A DNA stretch of 64,000 bases from Octopus bimaculoides (Eukaryota): assembly GCF_001194135.2 (NCBI RefSeq), contig NC_069001.1, positions 34,023,120 to 34,087,119 on the forward strand, written 5' to 3'. Both the position numbers and the translations under genes were made by a program. Under the pieces are notes generated by a model, which was given only the letters and a program-made list of their open reading frames with translations, ran no database searches and was not told the DNA's origin. Shown here piece by piece: positions 1 through 12,843 of the stretch (positions are counted from its first letter, which is position 1; each line of letters begins with the position of its first letter).

Positions 1-878
1 TTTGTACAGTAGTATACAGTACCACATTCAAATATTGATTCAGTTACCTGCAATTTTGAACCTGCTCGGATAAAGGACATAAAAGCATTAATATACACTA
101 CGTTGGTTTTCTTACTGTAAACATAAATTTCACACACATATAGACACAATATAACACTTTAACCTTCGCTCCTCACCAAAGATATTCTTAATAAAACATT
201 GCAATAAAATCAACTTTTCTCTTTTAACTTATTTTCCATGTTTTGAAAATTTGCTATAATTTGATTAATTGTTGATTCAAACCAGCGTTACTTCAAACAG
301 TTATTTTCTACACCAAATCTGTTTAGTCATTTGTACTGAAATCAATTGTTTTTGATAACTTGGCACCAAATCACAGAATAACACACACATATTGATAGAA
401 TGTTTTAAATCCATACCCAATAAAATCCAATTTAAGTTTTTACAATTTGATATTCTAGAATGTTAGTCTTCAATCATTTGAATTTTGTTTAGACTTTGTA
501 AGACTTTTTCTCTTGCATTTAATGAGAAGGAAACTTAAAACATGATTGCATAAAAAAATGATTATTTGCCATGAAAACACCTTATGAATTGAAAACATGT
601 CTGGAGTGGCATTACCTTACTTGGAAACAGGTGAAGGTTATTGACAGGAAGGGTATCCAGCTATAAAACAATCTAATCCTACAAATTCTGTCTGATCAAT
701 GCAAGCATGGAAAAAGTGGATGTTAAAATGATGATGATAGCTCTCAGGATAATATTGCATTTTATATTATAGTGTTAATTTCTGTTTTAGATCTCTCAAA
801 GAAATGTAGAGAGTGGTATGGCTTTGTTTCTATTTTCAAATTTGTTTCAGAAAAAATTAAAAAGATTCTATGTCACAC

Positions 879-885
<7 letters not shown>

Positions 886-966
<81 letters not shown>
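886..966. repeat. (CA)n microsatellite, representative of many in the window
   Basis: About 40 units. Others include 29545-29612, 42926-42996 and 53971-54051, plus poly-T at 12797-12842. Confidence 0.98.
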
Positions 967-967
<1 letters not shown>

Positions 968-1940
968 AATTCAAATAAACGGACAATTCAAATAAATTAA
1001 TAAAAAAACAGAAACGAAAGAAAAAAACAGAGAGGATGTGCACAAAAAATGTACTAGCATGATGCTTGGTGAAAGGAGAGAGTTTGACATTTTGAGCATA
1101 GCTCTTCATCTGAAAGGAGAAAGGGAAGAAGACCAATGATGGAAAAGAAATTGCCAACCGTACATGTGTAGTTACATTGCTGTGACATAGTTTTAGAGTG
1201 CATAGTCCTTCACAAGACAGTTTAAGCGAATTGATTTATATACTGTCTCCTTCACCAAACCATCTTTCAATCTCAGTTTAAATTCAAATACACTAATCTA
1301 AATTCCAATTTAAATTGTTGCAGTTACTATTATTTGTTGAATTAATAAATGATGTACTGAATTTAAACCAATTACACCAGGCAAATATATAAACAAGTTT
1401 TAGTGAAGCAGAATAGCCTAACATCAGCAAAACTTGAATGTTAGTTAAAGCAAATCAGCTAAAACAATGACAAATCTATTCTACGATCAAAGACATCTTT
1501 GCCACGATCGTCCTACCCATTTATATATTTTTATTGTTTAGTGTATTTGCTTTATAGATTAATCTCTCCTCTTACAGGAATACATTGACTGCGATTGCTT
1601 ATTTTGTTTACTCTTTTGTAGCCTTGACAGGTGTGTGTATAGGAATAATTGATAACGTTTTGAATGACTGATGATCTACTGGAGGATAGAAACAACTATA
1701 TATTAGTAACGTTCAGCTATTTTTTAAACACCTCATCAATTAATTTGCTAGCCTACTTGGAGTTTTTTTGGTTATTTGTGGTTCATGTTATTCAATAACA
1801 TAGCACACACACACACACACTCACACACACACACACACTTACACTATCTTTCTGTCTATCTATCTATCTATCTATCTACCTACCCACCACCTACCCACCT
1901 ACCTACCTACCTACCTACCTACCTACCTACCTACCTGCCT

Positions 1941-2139
1941 NNNNNNNNNNNNNNNNNNNNNNNNNNNNNNNNNNNNNNNNNNNNNNNNNNNNNNNNNNNN
2001 NNNNNNNNNNNNNNNNNNNNNNNNNNNNNNNNNNNNNNNNNNNNNNNNNNNNNNNNNNNNNNNNNNNNNNNNNNNNNNNNNNNNNNNNNNNNNNNNNNNN
2101 NNNNNNNNNNNNNNNNNNNNNNNNNNNNNNNNNNNNNNN
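1941..2139. other. Assembly gap (N run)
   Basis: Further gaps at 10574-10615, 15330-15339, 18310-18392, 22926-22992 and 58058-58067. All abut simple repeats. Confidence 0.99.
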
Positions 2140-2181
<42 letters not shown>

Positions 2182-2447
2182 TTATCAGAGAGAAAGGGGA
2201 TACATGCACATACTTAGTAGTATGTATATACACATACATGCACATACACACAAATATACATACATACATACATACATACATACATACATACAAATACACA
2301 TATAAGGGACAAGTTATTTTAAATCAAGCATTTTTGCTATCTATTTGATCTGTGCATTACAAGTACATATAACATTAACTCCTTTGCCAATATCAAGTTC
2401 TAAACCTCTATGCAATATTTGCATTCAATAATTCATAGATTTGTATA

Positions 2448-2658
2448 TAATAATAAATAGACTGTATACAATAATAAATAGATCTGGATGCAATAATACA
2501 TAGATCTGCTTTCAATGGTATATAAATCTGTATTCAGTAATTCATAGATCTGTATACAATAATACGTATATCTGCTTACAATAAAATAGATCTGCTTACA
2601 GTAATACATAGATCTGCTTACAGTAATACATAGATCTGTAAATATCGATATATAAAAC

Positions 2659-2689
<31 letters not shown>

Positions 2690-2775
2690 TACAATATGTA
2701 TGCCTGTATACAATAATACACAGATTTGTATACAATGATATACCTGCATACAATAATATATAGATCTGTCTACAA
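2448..2775. repeat. Degenerate ~21-22 bp minisatellite
   Basis: Unit approximately TAGATCTGTATACAATAATACA, more than 10 imperfect copies, interrupted by (TA)n(CA)n. Confidence 0.8.
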
Positions 2776-3083
2776 TACAGAAATGAGGTTTACCATAAAT
2801 CTTTCTACAATAACAAAGAATTGAAATAACAGGTATATCTAATCATTTAGTTCTTCAGTGCATTCAACCCATTTTGGTTCTGGTCATGCTCAAACACTGT
2901 TACATGTACTGCATTTTTTTGTTTTTTGTTTTGCTGGTTTAGTTTTTATTTTCATTGTATTACTTTCTATGTTTATTAATATATTTGCTGTTGTATTGGT
3001 TTATTGCTAGTGGTTGCTCCCATCCAGTTGTTGTTATTAGGGATGGGTAGTCAGTGACACGACAGAAGTATATTGCCTCAGAG

Positions 3084-3160
3084 CACTGGTTCTCAAGCAG
3101 GGTCTATAGAACCCTTGAGGGGGTCCATGTAAAATTTAAAAAAAAAAAATTTTTTAATTA
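3084..3160 (+). mobile_element. Truncated left end of the same hAT-type MITE family
   Basis: CACTGGTTCTCAAGCAGGGTC...GGGGTCCAT matches the left end of 37757. Confidence 0.55.
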
Positions 3161-4543
3161 TAATTTTTTTTGTAATGGTACTGTGGTGTATGCGGAAGAA
3201 ATTTTTAAATGTTGATGATGGCAGCTTTCTCTTTTCTAATTCATTCCTTAAACTTATTTCAAGGTCCATTCCCATTTGTACAATCTTTAACCAATCTTAA
3301 TTCTATTGATGAGGTATATAAGAAGCTATTCTAACAAGTATATGTAATTTAAATAACACCAAAATCTTGTTATTGAATTTTGATATTCTGAGTAGTCGTA
3401 TCTATATCAAATTGCATTCTAGTTCTTGTTTATGGTGTTTTTGGTGCCATATACTTTGCTCCTTATATCTGATAGCATGATAAATAAAACAAAACTGTGA
3501 ACAGTCTTGTGGTACTCCATTTACTACAGATTTCATACAAGTTATTTTTGAAACCATACCACAGAATAGAGGTTATATTGTCTTTAATCATACTGCTTAG
3601 TGTGGACCAATAAAGTTCTAAAAGTCCTTGTAGTTCTATAAATTGATTTCAAAGCATGTGAATTATCTCTTATTAAATCTTTTGCCATAGTTCTATGTTC
3701 AAATAAACCAAGTGGGCTGTATCTGTTATGTCTCTTGTCTGCAGCTATTGGACAGAACATGTTATGATGTTACTTCTTCCAAAGATATTTGGATATCATT
3801 AGTCATGTCTTTTTTCACAGCCAGAAACTATTTTCCATGATAAAATAATATTCTCAAACAATTTGACATTTTTTTGTAGCAAAAATTTATCCTCTTCAAT
3901 AGACTTGCCTTTGGTGTGCGCTTCTGCTTTATTTGCAATTAGCTCACACATTCATAGCATGCATGTCTTTTGAAAATAGATTGGTGTTTGCATAAAGATT
4001 CTTTTAAAAATGTTATCCTGTCTCGATGCAGAGAATCTTTTTTCCACTTTTTGTTTTTTTGTACTCCTAATATTTGGTCAAAGACTGACATTCAAAATTG
4101 TACTTTTTATGAACTGCAACTTAATCTTTACAAATAAGACACACATTTCCTTTCAATTTGATGTGAAAGTAATTATCTGTTCATTTTAAATCAAACAAAG
4201 ACCTATAGCCAGCAATTCTCTTTCATTGTTAGAACTAGCCATTGAACTTAGCAATATTGATTAAAAATCTTTAATAAAAAAATAGACAAACGAAGCACTA
4301 AATGTTAATTGACTGCAATAAGGGTGGGAATATTATTTGGCCATAAATTCTTATGCATTCCTACCCTTGATTAATGTTACAATAACAATGTTGTTGTTAA
4401 CAGAAATTTGCTTATGCTTTATGGGTTGGAAAGCATGTTATATTAAGTTAGTATTTTTTTATTAACCATTAATTTATTTTTTCATTTATTTTATTTCTTA
4501 TATATTTTTTTATAATCTTCTCTAATTTTCAATGAATTACCAG

Positions 4544-4610
4544 GAAGCAGGAAACAGCGTCTAGTTTGAATGCTGCTGAAATTTTGCTCATAGGGGATGG
4601 ATTCCCTCTG
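4544..4610 (+). CDS. Candidate internal exon (KQETASSLNAAEILLIGDGFPL), product unknown
   Basis: T-rich tract with TACCAG acceptor, CTG|GTGAGG donor, open frame. Ends in phase 0, compatible with 6284. Confidence 0.2.
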
Positions 4611-6283
4611 GTGAGGCTTGGGAAAATTGTGGTGGGGTGTGAGGCCCAAAATCTTTTTTTTTAACCTTTTTTTTAGTGGGACATGGAATTGTGAAAATCC
4701 TTTTTCGCAGCAAGCATACTACACCTTTACTCAGCCTAGCCAAACTGATCCCTCCAGCCAAGCATACTGTGTGAAAACTGGTTGTTACAGTATAGTGCTA
4801 TTCTAATACCTTAGTGTGGATATTTCTCTAAGGAACTTATTATAATTATGAAATATTAAAAATAAACTTATTTTTTCCTAACTGCTGATGGGGCATACAT
4901 TTTTCTAGATAGTTATAGTGGGGCCTGGGGAAAATAGGTTGGGAAAAACTGGTCTAAACACCACCACCACCACCATCATCACCATCACCATTGTCCTTTA
5001 ATGTTTGTTTTCCTTGCTGGCATGAGTTGGGCAGTTTGAAAGAAGCTGGCAAGGCCAGGAGGTACACCAGGCTCCATTGTCTGTTTTGGCTTGGTTTCCA
5101 CAGCTGAATGCCCTTCCTAATATCAACCATTTTACAAAGTGTATTGAGTGCTTTTTATGTGGCACCAACACCAGTGCATTTTGTGTGGTACCAGCACCAG
5201 TGTTTTATATGACACCATCATCAGTACTTTTTGGGTGTTAAGGAATGAGCTGTGTGTGCATAATAAATAATAAAATTATCTCTGAATTAATTGCTCAGGG
5301 TTCAAGAACAGAATGAAAGTAAACAAACTTCTAATTGTACCATTTTCAGAATTAGTAAGAATAATTAGCAATTTAAGCACTTAAATTAGTTTCATTTAGA
5401 GCACCTGTTAGCTGACATAAATATATTGTAGAATCTTAATCTATTTAAAAATAACCCAACAAAAATAAGTCTCATTTGAGAGAGAGAATATGTTATCTTA
5501 CTTACTGAGGTTGTCCCATCTCATACAGCTCATTCAATTTCTACATATCTTCTCCAGTGGAAAATTCTATTATGAAAGAGAGAGTCCTAAAAAGCTATGC
5601 CACTGCTGCAGTTACAATGTTGAAGACACACACACATTAGCCATTCAAAAACACCCCAAAACTGTTAAATTCATTTAAACATTTATCATTTTGTGTCAAA
5701 ATTTTTTTTCACACTAACTGTGACCTGGTTAATACAGTTGCACTGCGGCTCTTACTGTTAGTTGCATAAATTAGTGGAAAAACAGTTCGTTATAGATAAT
5801 AAAATGTACTTTTTCACTAAATCTGATTTTGCCAGATTATTTTAAAGCAAATTAAGTGTTTCAATGTGTTTTGTGCATATGGTGCCAGTAAACAGAATAA
5901 AAATTGATAATTACTATCAGTAAACATAAGTTGTTTGTCTGGGAAATAAATCTGTTGCTTCTAACATTTCTCAATTGCAAGGTGTAATTGGCAGAATCAT
6001 TAGTCTTGGATGAAGTGTCTGCAGTATTTAATTATTGACCTTTATGTTCTAAGTTCAAATCCCACTGTCATCTTTGCTTTTCATCCGACTGTAATTGGTT
6101 AAATAAGATACCAGTGAAGTACTTGGATCAGTTTAATATTCGTTCAATAAAGCATTTTAGATGTAAATGGAATTATAATAGAAGACTCTGACTAGATGCA
6201 GTCAGTGTGCAGAAAGCCTGAAGTCTTGATAACTCAGTGTAAAAACTTAGCTGCTTAAATAGATTAAACTTGTTTATAAACAG

Positions 6284-6371
6284 AATTGGACTGAATACAT
6301 CAACATCAGTTTATCATTTAAAGTATCTTTTGAAGTTCTTTCATTTCACTGTTCACATAGTAATGGATTAG
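6284..6371 (+). CDS. Candidate internal exon (NWTEYINISLSFKVSFEVLSFHCSHSNGL), product unknown
   Basis: TTGTTTATAAACAG acceptor, consensus AG|GTAAGT donor, 88 nt open in phase 0 to 1. Confidence 0.3.
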
Positions 6372-7360
6372 GTAAGTTTATGAAGACTCTTAGGCAACCA
6401 TTTAAAATATTGAATAATTAACTCGAACATGGGAGAACTGGTGTAAGTCCAATTTGTCTTCCAGTTTAAGATAATATAGTTAAGGTTTTACATAGATGTC
6501 TTCATCTGCAGTTGTAAGTAGCAAATTAGATATGGATGTTTGTAGCATGTAATGCAATGGTGAGGATGAAAGGATTTCAAAAGTATACGATATGGATGGT
6601 ATCATGTAATAAAATGTTTGTCTGCTTGTAGATGATAAACTCAATAAAAGAAAACTGATTGAAAATGAACGCTTGGGTTATCTTGTTTTGGCATGTCTAT
6701 TTAATGACCTATTCTCTGTCAAATTGTATTTGTATTAGTTTGAATAACTTAGCTACTCAATGAGTCTGTCTTTGAATACAAAATAGTGATTTTCTTTATC
6801 TTTTAATATAAGGTATCCTTTCAGATTGTTTTTCCTTGAAAACAGTTAAAATACCTGCAGCTGGTTATACATGTACAATTATCATTATCATTATTGACCA
6901 CCAGATAAAATGTTTAATAGTATTTAGTTTGCTTTCTGAGTTCAAATCTCACTGAATTCACTTTGTCTTTCATCTCTTCATGTTTGAGAACTTAATGTAC
7001 CTAACAAGTCATGGGGTCACTTTGACTGACTTGATCTCTTCTTCAAAATTTGAAACAATGTGTCTGTTGCTGGACATCAAAGTCATACAGTGAAGGATGA
7101 CAATTAATTGAGTGTTAAGCAAAATAGCAAAACTCTATAATGTTTCTTTACATTCTACTTCAAATCCTGCCCAAAGTGACTTTGCTTCTCATTCTTATTG
7201 ATAAAATAAGAACGAGACAGTTTGCTGGAGTGGATTGGTTCTAATATGCTTTCCCATAAAATTTATCTTGTTTTCATGTTAGAAAATAAATAATCAGAGG
7301 TAGCAAGTGAATACATTATCTCTGTCATTTATTACTTCTGACCATTGTGTCTTATTTCAG

Positions 7361-7500
7361 TTTTCATCAGATCATTCTGGAGCATTTGTTCTTTTGCTCT
7401 TTGTAAAGGGGACACTTTTCAGTGGACAAAAGGTCCATCTGCTGCCAACACCTTTTGCATGGAAAGCTTGATACATATTATAGCTGTTGTTAACACATAA
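7361..7500 (+). CDS. Candidate terminal exon (V-FIRSFWSICSFALCKGDTFQWTKGPSAANTFCMESLIHIIAVVNT*)
   Basis: Strong acceptor GTGTCTTATTTCAG, phase 1 matching 6371, 45 open codons. The stop codon lies in the TSD of the foldback element. Confidence 0.2.
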
Positions 7501-7509
7501 GAAGGGAAA

Positions 7510-7791
7510 GGAGAGTATTGTAGTTCGCTTGAAGCATTGTGTATTGTTTGTAAAGAATAAAAAGTTTAGAATGGTACAACAATGCACTATAAAACAAAAA
7601 AAATGGACTATATACCTGTTGTAATTTGGTTTCTATAGTCCGATGAGTAGAGACTCCATCTAAGAAGATCTGAAGAAGGAATTGTAATTCCGAAATATCA
7701 TTGGACTACAGATAACCAAATTACAACAAGTATATAGTCCATTTTTTGTTTTATAGTGCATTGTTGTACCATTCTAAACTTTTTATTCCTT
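7510..7791. mobile_element. Foldback (palindromic) insertion with a central hammerhead-like motif; candidate non-autonomous Penelope-like element or retrozyme
   Basis: Perfect 13-bp direct repeat ATAAGAAGGGAAA at 7497-7509 and 7792-7804. Inverted arms 7551-7646 and 7698-7792 differ by about 4 substitutions and 2 small indels. The ~51-nt spacer holds a hammerhead-like core. Confidence 0.75.
7667..7702 (+). ncRNA. Minimal type I hammerhead ribozyme-like motif
   Basis: Reads gat-CTGAAGA(7670-7676)-a-GGAAT(tgta)ATTCC-GAAA(7692-7695)-TA-TC(7698-7699)-att. Both core boxes are present. Stem II is 5 bp plus a tetraloop, stem III is the palindrome ATAT, the cleavage triplet is AUC, and stem I is only 3 bp (one G-U). 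Activity is untested. Confidence 0.55.
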
Positions 7792-9272
7792 ATAAGAAGG
7801 GAAATATGAAAATGATAGGCGGAGTATGAAATTAGGGTTTATGTTTTTAACAAATTTTTAAGAATATTTCAAACTTAACTTGAGGTTGTTGAACAAATTT
7901 TCATTTTGTACAGCTAATAGCAAAATAAATTTTGTTTTTAAATTTTCATTTTTCTTATTACCTTGTTAGTGTCATGCTATTTGCTTTTTCTTTTTCTTTT
8001 CATCATTATCAACCAAAGCATCCTAATATATCACATATCAGATCACATTATGAATTAACGTTACAACTTAACTTTCTCAAAGCACGAATTGATTTATAGA
8101 CTGACAAACTGCAGAAAGCAATCTGGAATCCCATAATAACCATCTCAAATAAATAAATAAATAGATAAATAAACAGCATTAAAAATTTTTTTTTTTTCCT
8201 GTACACAGAATAAATTTCTTTTGAGCTTTTATCTTTAAAACTTCAACTTCTCTGTTTATTGCTTTTTAAAACCAAAACTTATTTACATTGTCAATTATAA
8301 TGTTGATTACTGCCATAAATCTGATTTAAATATGTTAAATAAAGTTATTTGGGATAATCTTTCGGTTTGTGTTTTGAAATATTTTTGTCGAATTAGGTAG
8401 TTGGGATTTACATGAATTTAATGTGGGGAAAGCTTTTCAACATGAAATGAATGAGTTACTATTAAGAGATTTCAGCATTTCTTCAACCTGAACCTGTCAG
8501 TTATTTTGTTTTGACAATTTTTAAATCTCTTGTTTCCCTAATCATATTTAGAAAATCCCCTTCTAATCCCTGTATCAAAAGAGATCAATTTATTACCAGT
8601 TGTATTTATGTTAATCTGTATACTGGTGAGAATTGGTTCCAGCACCACTTGAATAATATATTTCATTGCATCCTAAACTTAAAAAGAAGAAAGCAATAGT
8701 TTTGAAAATATAGTAGCTCCCCTCCCCCCACCCCACCCCCAGAATAAATGCTCATAAACAAGCATTGAAGAGGATATCTTTCTAGATGGTTACACCTAAA
8801 TCTACGGAAGCTGTGCTTTCTTTACATTGATTTTTCTTTTCAAATTATAAATAATTTTTGTTTTTAGGTTTTCCTGCTAGAATTGATATCTGTCTATGTC
8901 TGCCTGTCTGTCTGTCTATCTATCTATCTGTCTGCTTGTCTGTCCAGTTAACCATCCATCCATCCATCCATCCATCCATCTATCTACCTATCTATCTATC
9001 TATCCATCCAGGAGAGTAAGTACTCAGTACCTGTAACAGAGTATATTAAATTTATTCATCTGAGCATGATGATTCTTTAATTGCTTCTTAAAGTTTCCTT
9101 CCAATTACAATACTTCAGATGGCAAAAAGTTAATAAATAAACTCTACAACATGTTGCACTTATTTATTAATCTTACACGGCTACTATCCTACACTAATGC
9201 ATATATCTTGCTCAGATGGGGTTCCTTCACACAATGAACTCACAATTGAAAAGGGAGCAATATTTATTCACT

Positions 9273-9492
9273 GGCAGAATTGTTAGCACACCGGGTGAAA
9301 TGCTTAGCAGTATTTCATCTGCTGTTACGTTCTGAGTTCAAATCCCGCCGAGGTTGGCTTTACCTTTCATCCTTTCAAAGTGGATTAAATAAGTAGCAGT
9401 TACGCACTGGGGTCGATGTAATCAACTTAATACCTTTGTCTGTCTTTGTTTGTCCCCTCTATGTTTAGCCCCCTGTGGGCAATAAAGAAATA
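9273..9492 (+). mobile_element. tRNA-derived SINE, family B (5'-truncated), with target-site duplication
   Basis: GGCAGAATTGTTAGCAC...GAGTTCAAATCCCGCC (B-box)...CCTTTCATCCTTTC...GGGGTCGATGTAATC...GGGCAATAAAGAAAT. Perfect 14-bp TSD AATATTTATTCACT at 9259-9272 and 9493-9506. Confidence 0.85.
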
Positions 9493-9669
9493 AATATTTA
9501 TTCACTTATTTTACAAAGAACTTTCTGATACCATCGAAGAAATTCTGTAACAAACAGTTATCTTTTGTTGCCTGAGATATTGCATCTAACAAGAAACTCT
9601 CTGTGATCAGCTGCAAATTAATACATACATATATATATAAATACACGAGTGTACGTATGAATGTAGGAG

Positions 9670-9708
<39 letters not shown>

Positions 9709-10615
9709 ACACACTCTTTCTTTTGCACATACATGACCTCCAAGAGCAATTTTGGAATGCAAAGCAAGACCATATTCAGATGTTGGGTGGTTAAGGTGAG
9801 TAAGGTGAGAGATTGTCTGAAAATTGATATTTTTCCAGGTTGTAGTTTCCATTTCTTTGTAGAAAGAATATAGTTACGATAAAGTGTGAACAAAGCTGAC
9901 AGTTTTTAATGTATGATTATGAAAGCATAATTGAACATGATGGCTAATCTCTGGCTATCGGAATATGACCACTGGTAAACTTTCATAAATGCTTTATTTC
10001 CAGTGCAACAGAATGACCAGATAAGAATATACTTTATATACAAAACAATGATAAGCCTTATCTGCTAATGAAATGAGCTTTTCTGGTATTTTTTATCTGC
10101 CAAATTTCTAATAACATTATCATAATCAATTTCTCTTGATTCAATATTCAGTCTTGCTAAATTCTCAAGTTGACTTCATGACATGATAGAACTAGAAATA
10201 AAAACAAAGAACAATTATATTTCAATATTGTAGACAATATTCTCAAACTAGCACAAAAACATAGAAATAACTTACAGAAAGTTGATAACCATTGGATAAA
10301 TTTTATGATTCTAAAGGGCTTATGTCTGGTTTTTCCAAAATTTGGCTTTTGTATTGACAGTAAACATTGCTTTTTTGTTTCAAAATCATCATCAATTAAA
10401 GTCAATGGGATTTTAGTGTGCTCACCTTTTAATTTTCTTTTTTTTTTTTTTTATCTAATTTATTTTCATGCATTGTGGAATATTTTCACAGGAAATCAAA
10501 ATTTTCAGCCAGCTGGTCAACAGCATTAATACATACAGTTGATATGTCTTATATATCAGTAAGGGGGGGGGGGNNNNNNNNNNNNNNNNNNNNNNNNNNN
10601 NNNNNNNNNNNNNNN

Positions 10616-10995
10616 GCGCATTGATGCCGTCGAGAGGTAGGCCTTGAAACGGCATGCATTCTCTCCTGATGACCCCATATACTTGCTGGCTTCTGGTATG
10701 CAGAGTTCTTGACTGGTAGCACTTGCATGTGCGAGTTGTTTGCAAGACAACTCTTCTGGTGAATCATCTCTGTCAGACATCCCCCCCCCCAGGTTGGCAT
10801 CAGGTATTTTGTCATTGTGCACCCTTCTTCATTTTCAGTTTAAGCCTGGGTTAGATGAAGAATGAGATGGTATGGATGATATCCATAGTCTCAGTTAGTC
10901 ATGCTTAGTAGTGCAGTTGCAAAGTCTAATGGTGGTTGTTTCTAATAGGATCCAATGGAAAATGTGCCTGAGGAGTCTATCCTCACAACTCTCAC
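10616..10995 (-). mobile_element. Possible second, highly decayed RTE-like 3' fragment
   Basis: Minus-strand pieces DRLLRHIF and PPL/IRLCNCTTKHD loosely resemble the RTE motif DRLPKQIF...P.LR.KD..K.D. Frameshifted and abutting an N gap. Confidence 0.3.
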
Positions 10996-10998
10996 AGA

Positions 10999-11061
10999 AA
11001 TAGAGAATGGAGAACATGGAATAGAGAATGGAGAACATGGAATAGAGAATGGAGAACATGG
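10999..11061. repeat. Perfect 21-bp tandem repeat x3
   Basis: (AATAGAGAATGGAGAACATGG)3. Confidence 0.95.
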
Positions 11062-12249
11062 AAAATCTCTTGTAACTTTGAAACATATGTTACTGAATAT
11101 ATTTGTATCTAATTTTGCTACTACCCACTTCCCAATTTCTTTAATTCACATCATTTCCTTCTTCAAATATTCAATAGATATCCATTGCATTTGATAATGG
11201 TACCATTATATAACTTTGTTTATGTTCTCTGTGGCAATTCCATGGACTTAGGAAGCAGTTTCTAGAGATTATCTTCATCACATAACAATACCCAATCCCT
11301 CAGTCACACTAGAAAATTCCTCTTACTGTTTCATGCTGACAACTTAGAAACTGCTAGATTTTATTTTCTGATCTTGTTTCTGAAAACTGTATCTGGCCTT
11401 GCTTGTTTCCTTGTCTCTTGATTCTCTTTATATATTCTTTATATATCTGTAGCATTTGTTAATGGTGTTAGCGATCATATATCTTTTGTTTAAGTGCTGT
11501 GTGGCAATTTGTCAGGATGCACTTCAATTTACAATGCTTTCATTTGGAAAGCAAGACATTCTACAATATTGGAGTACTTCCAGGCTTTCATGTCAGCTAG
11601 TATTAACATAGCCTTGTAATAAAAACAAAACCTAGTAAGTAATGACAGATGAGAAAAATAAAAGGCATTTTGTCTGCTAACAGAATGCTCTGGTATCTCT
11701 TAAAGAAACTATTCTACTCAACTTACTGCTTTTGTTTTGATGATATTTCCACTTGAAAATGTTTGCCAATTCATTCATTTTCAAGTGAGAACAAGATTTG
11801 ATGTCAGTACTTTAATATCTTCAAACTACATGTAACTGTCCAATTACTCTGATCTTTATTGCAGAATCATTCTTTTCTTGATCTTATTTGCATTACTTGT
11901 TGGGAGCTGCTGCACCTCATTGATCACATGATTAGAAGTTCAAATCTTGATTTAGCTATTGCAGTTGTTCCCTGAGTAAAGCTAAAAACCCAGCGACCTT
12001 TAGTTTGCATGACTACTACAAAATCCTCAATATTCTCCTAAACGCTTAACACTCAGATTAATCCGTCAAAGTGTAATGCATTTTTATTCCCATTGTTTTG
12101 AATTAAAGATTCATTATCTTGCAGCTTTATGGTCTTGATGATGTGATTGTGTATTTTTAGAATGACAGGTGTGAGAGGTTGGATATGACCAACTTGCTCA
12201 TAAAATAGGTAGAATATATGGGCTGGATATGGTCAGTTTAAATGTCAAT

Positions 12250-12573
12250 GTGCCTAATTAAGAAGTGATGACTAAAGCTGTGGTAAATAGGAAACTGCTT
12301 TGTGAGATAAGGGCCAAGGAACTGAGATTTCTTGGTCATGTGATGAGGAAAGAGGGCCTGGAGAATTAAGCGATGACTGAAATGATTGAAGGAAAAAGAA
12401 GCAGTGGAAGGAGAAAGATGATGTGAATGTCAAGCTTGATGTATTGGTTGGAAGAAAGAGGCATTAAGCATGAGTAAGCAGAACTGTCGCAGAAAACAAA
12501 GAACAGAGAATTGTGACAGGACAAGATCGTCTATGTCCAACATTCTGGACATGGCACCTAAAGAAGAAGAAGA
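12250..12573 (+). mobile_element. RTE-clade non-LTR retrotransposon, degenerate 3' end (C-terminus of the RT ORF)
   Basis: One frame reads VPN*EVMTKAVVNRKLLCEIRAKELRFLGHVMRKEGLEN*AMTEMIEGKRSSGRRKMM*MSSLMYWLEERG...KNREL*QDKIVYVQHSGHGT* and is followed by a (GAA)n tail. F(L)GHVMR, IEGKR.RGR and the terminal GHGT* are typical of RTE C-termini. Confidence 0.85.
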
Positions 12574-12794
12574 CTACAAAATTACATTTCCTTTCCTACA
12601 GAGCTGTCCGATCATCATTATCATCGTTTAATGTCCATTTTCCATGCTGGCATGGGTTGTTTATCTTGATATTTGGTCTGGACTGTGTTTCTGACGACTG
12701 AAAAGGTTTACAAAGACAAATCCTGAGAACAAATTCAAAACTGAAGTCCTAAAGCAGCTCATTACTCATCAGACTAGGTGTCATTCAGGCACTC

Positions 12795-12843
<49 letters not shown>

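Noticed and set aside
1578-1630. Exon-like segment NTLTAIAYFVYSFVALT, with possible partners at about 3020 and 3422
   Set aside because: Splice sites are plausible, but T-rich DNA gives TM-like peptides by chance. There is no unique chain and no homology.
1667-1695. Other CTGANGA words (1667, 24444, 56554 and several on the minus strand)
   Set aside because: None has a proper stem II closing onto GAAA plus stems I and III.
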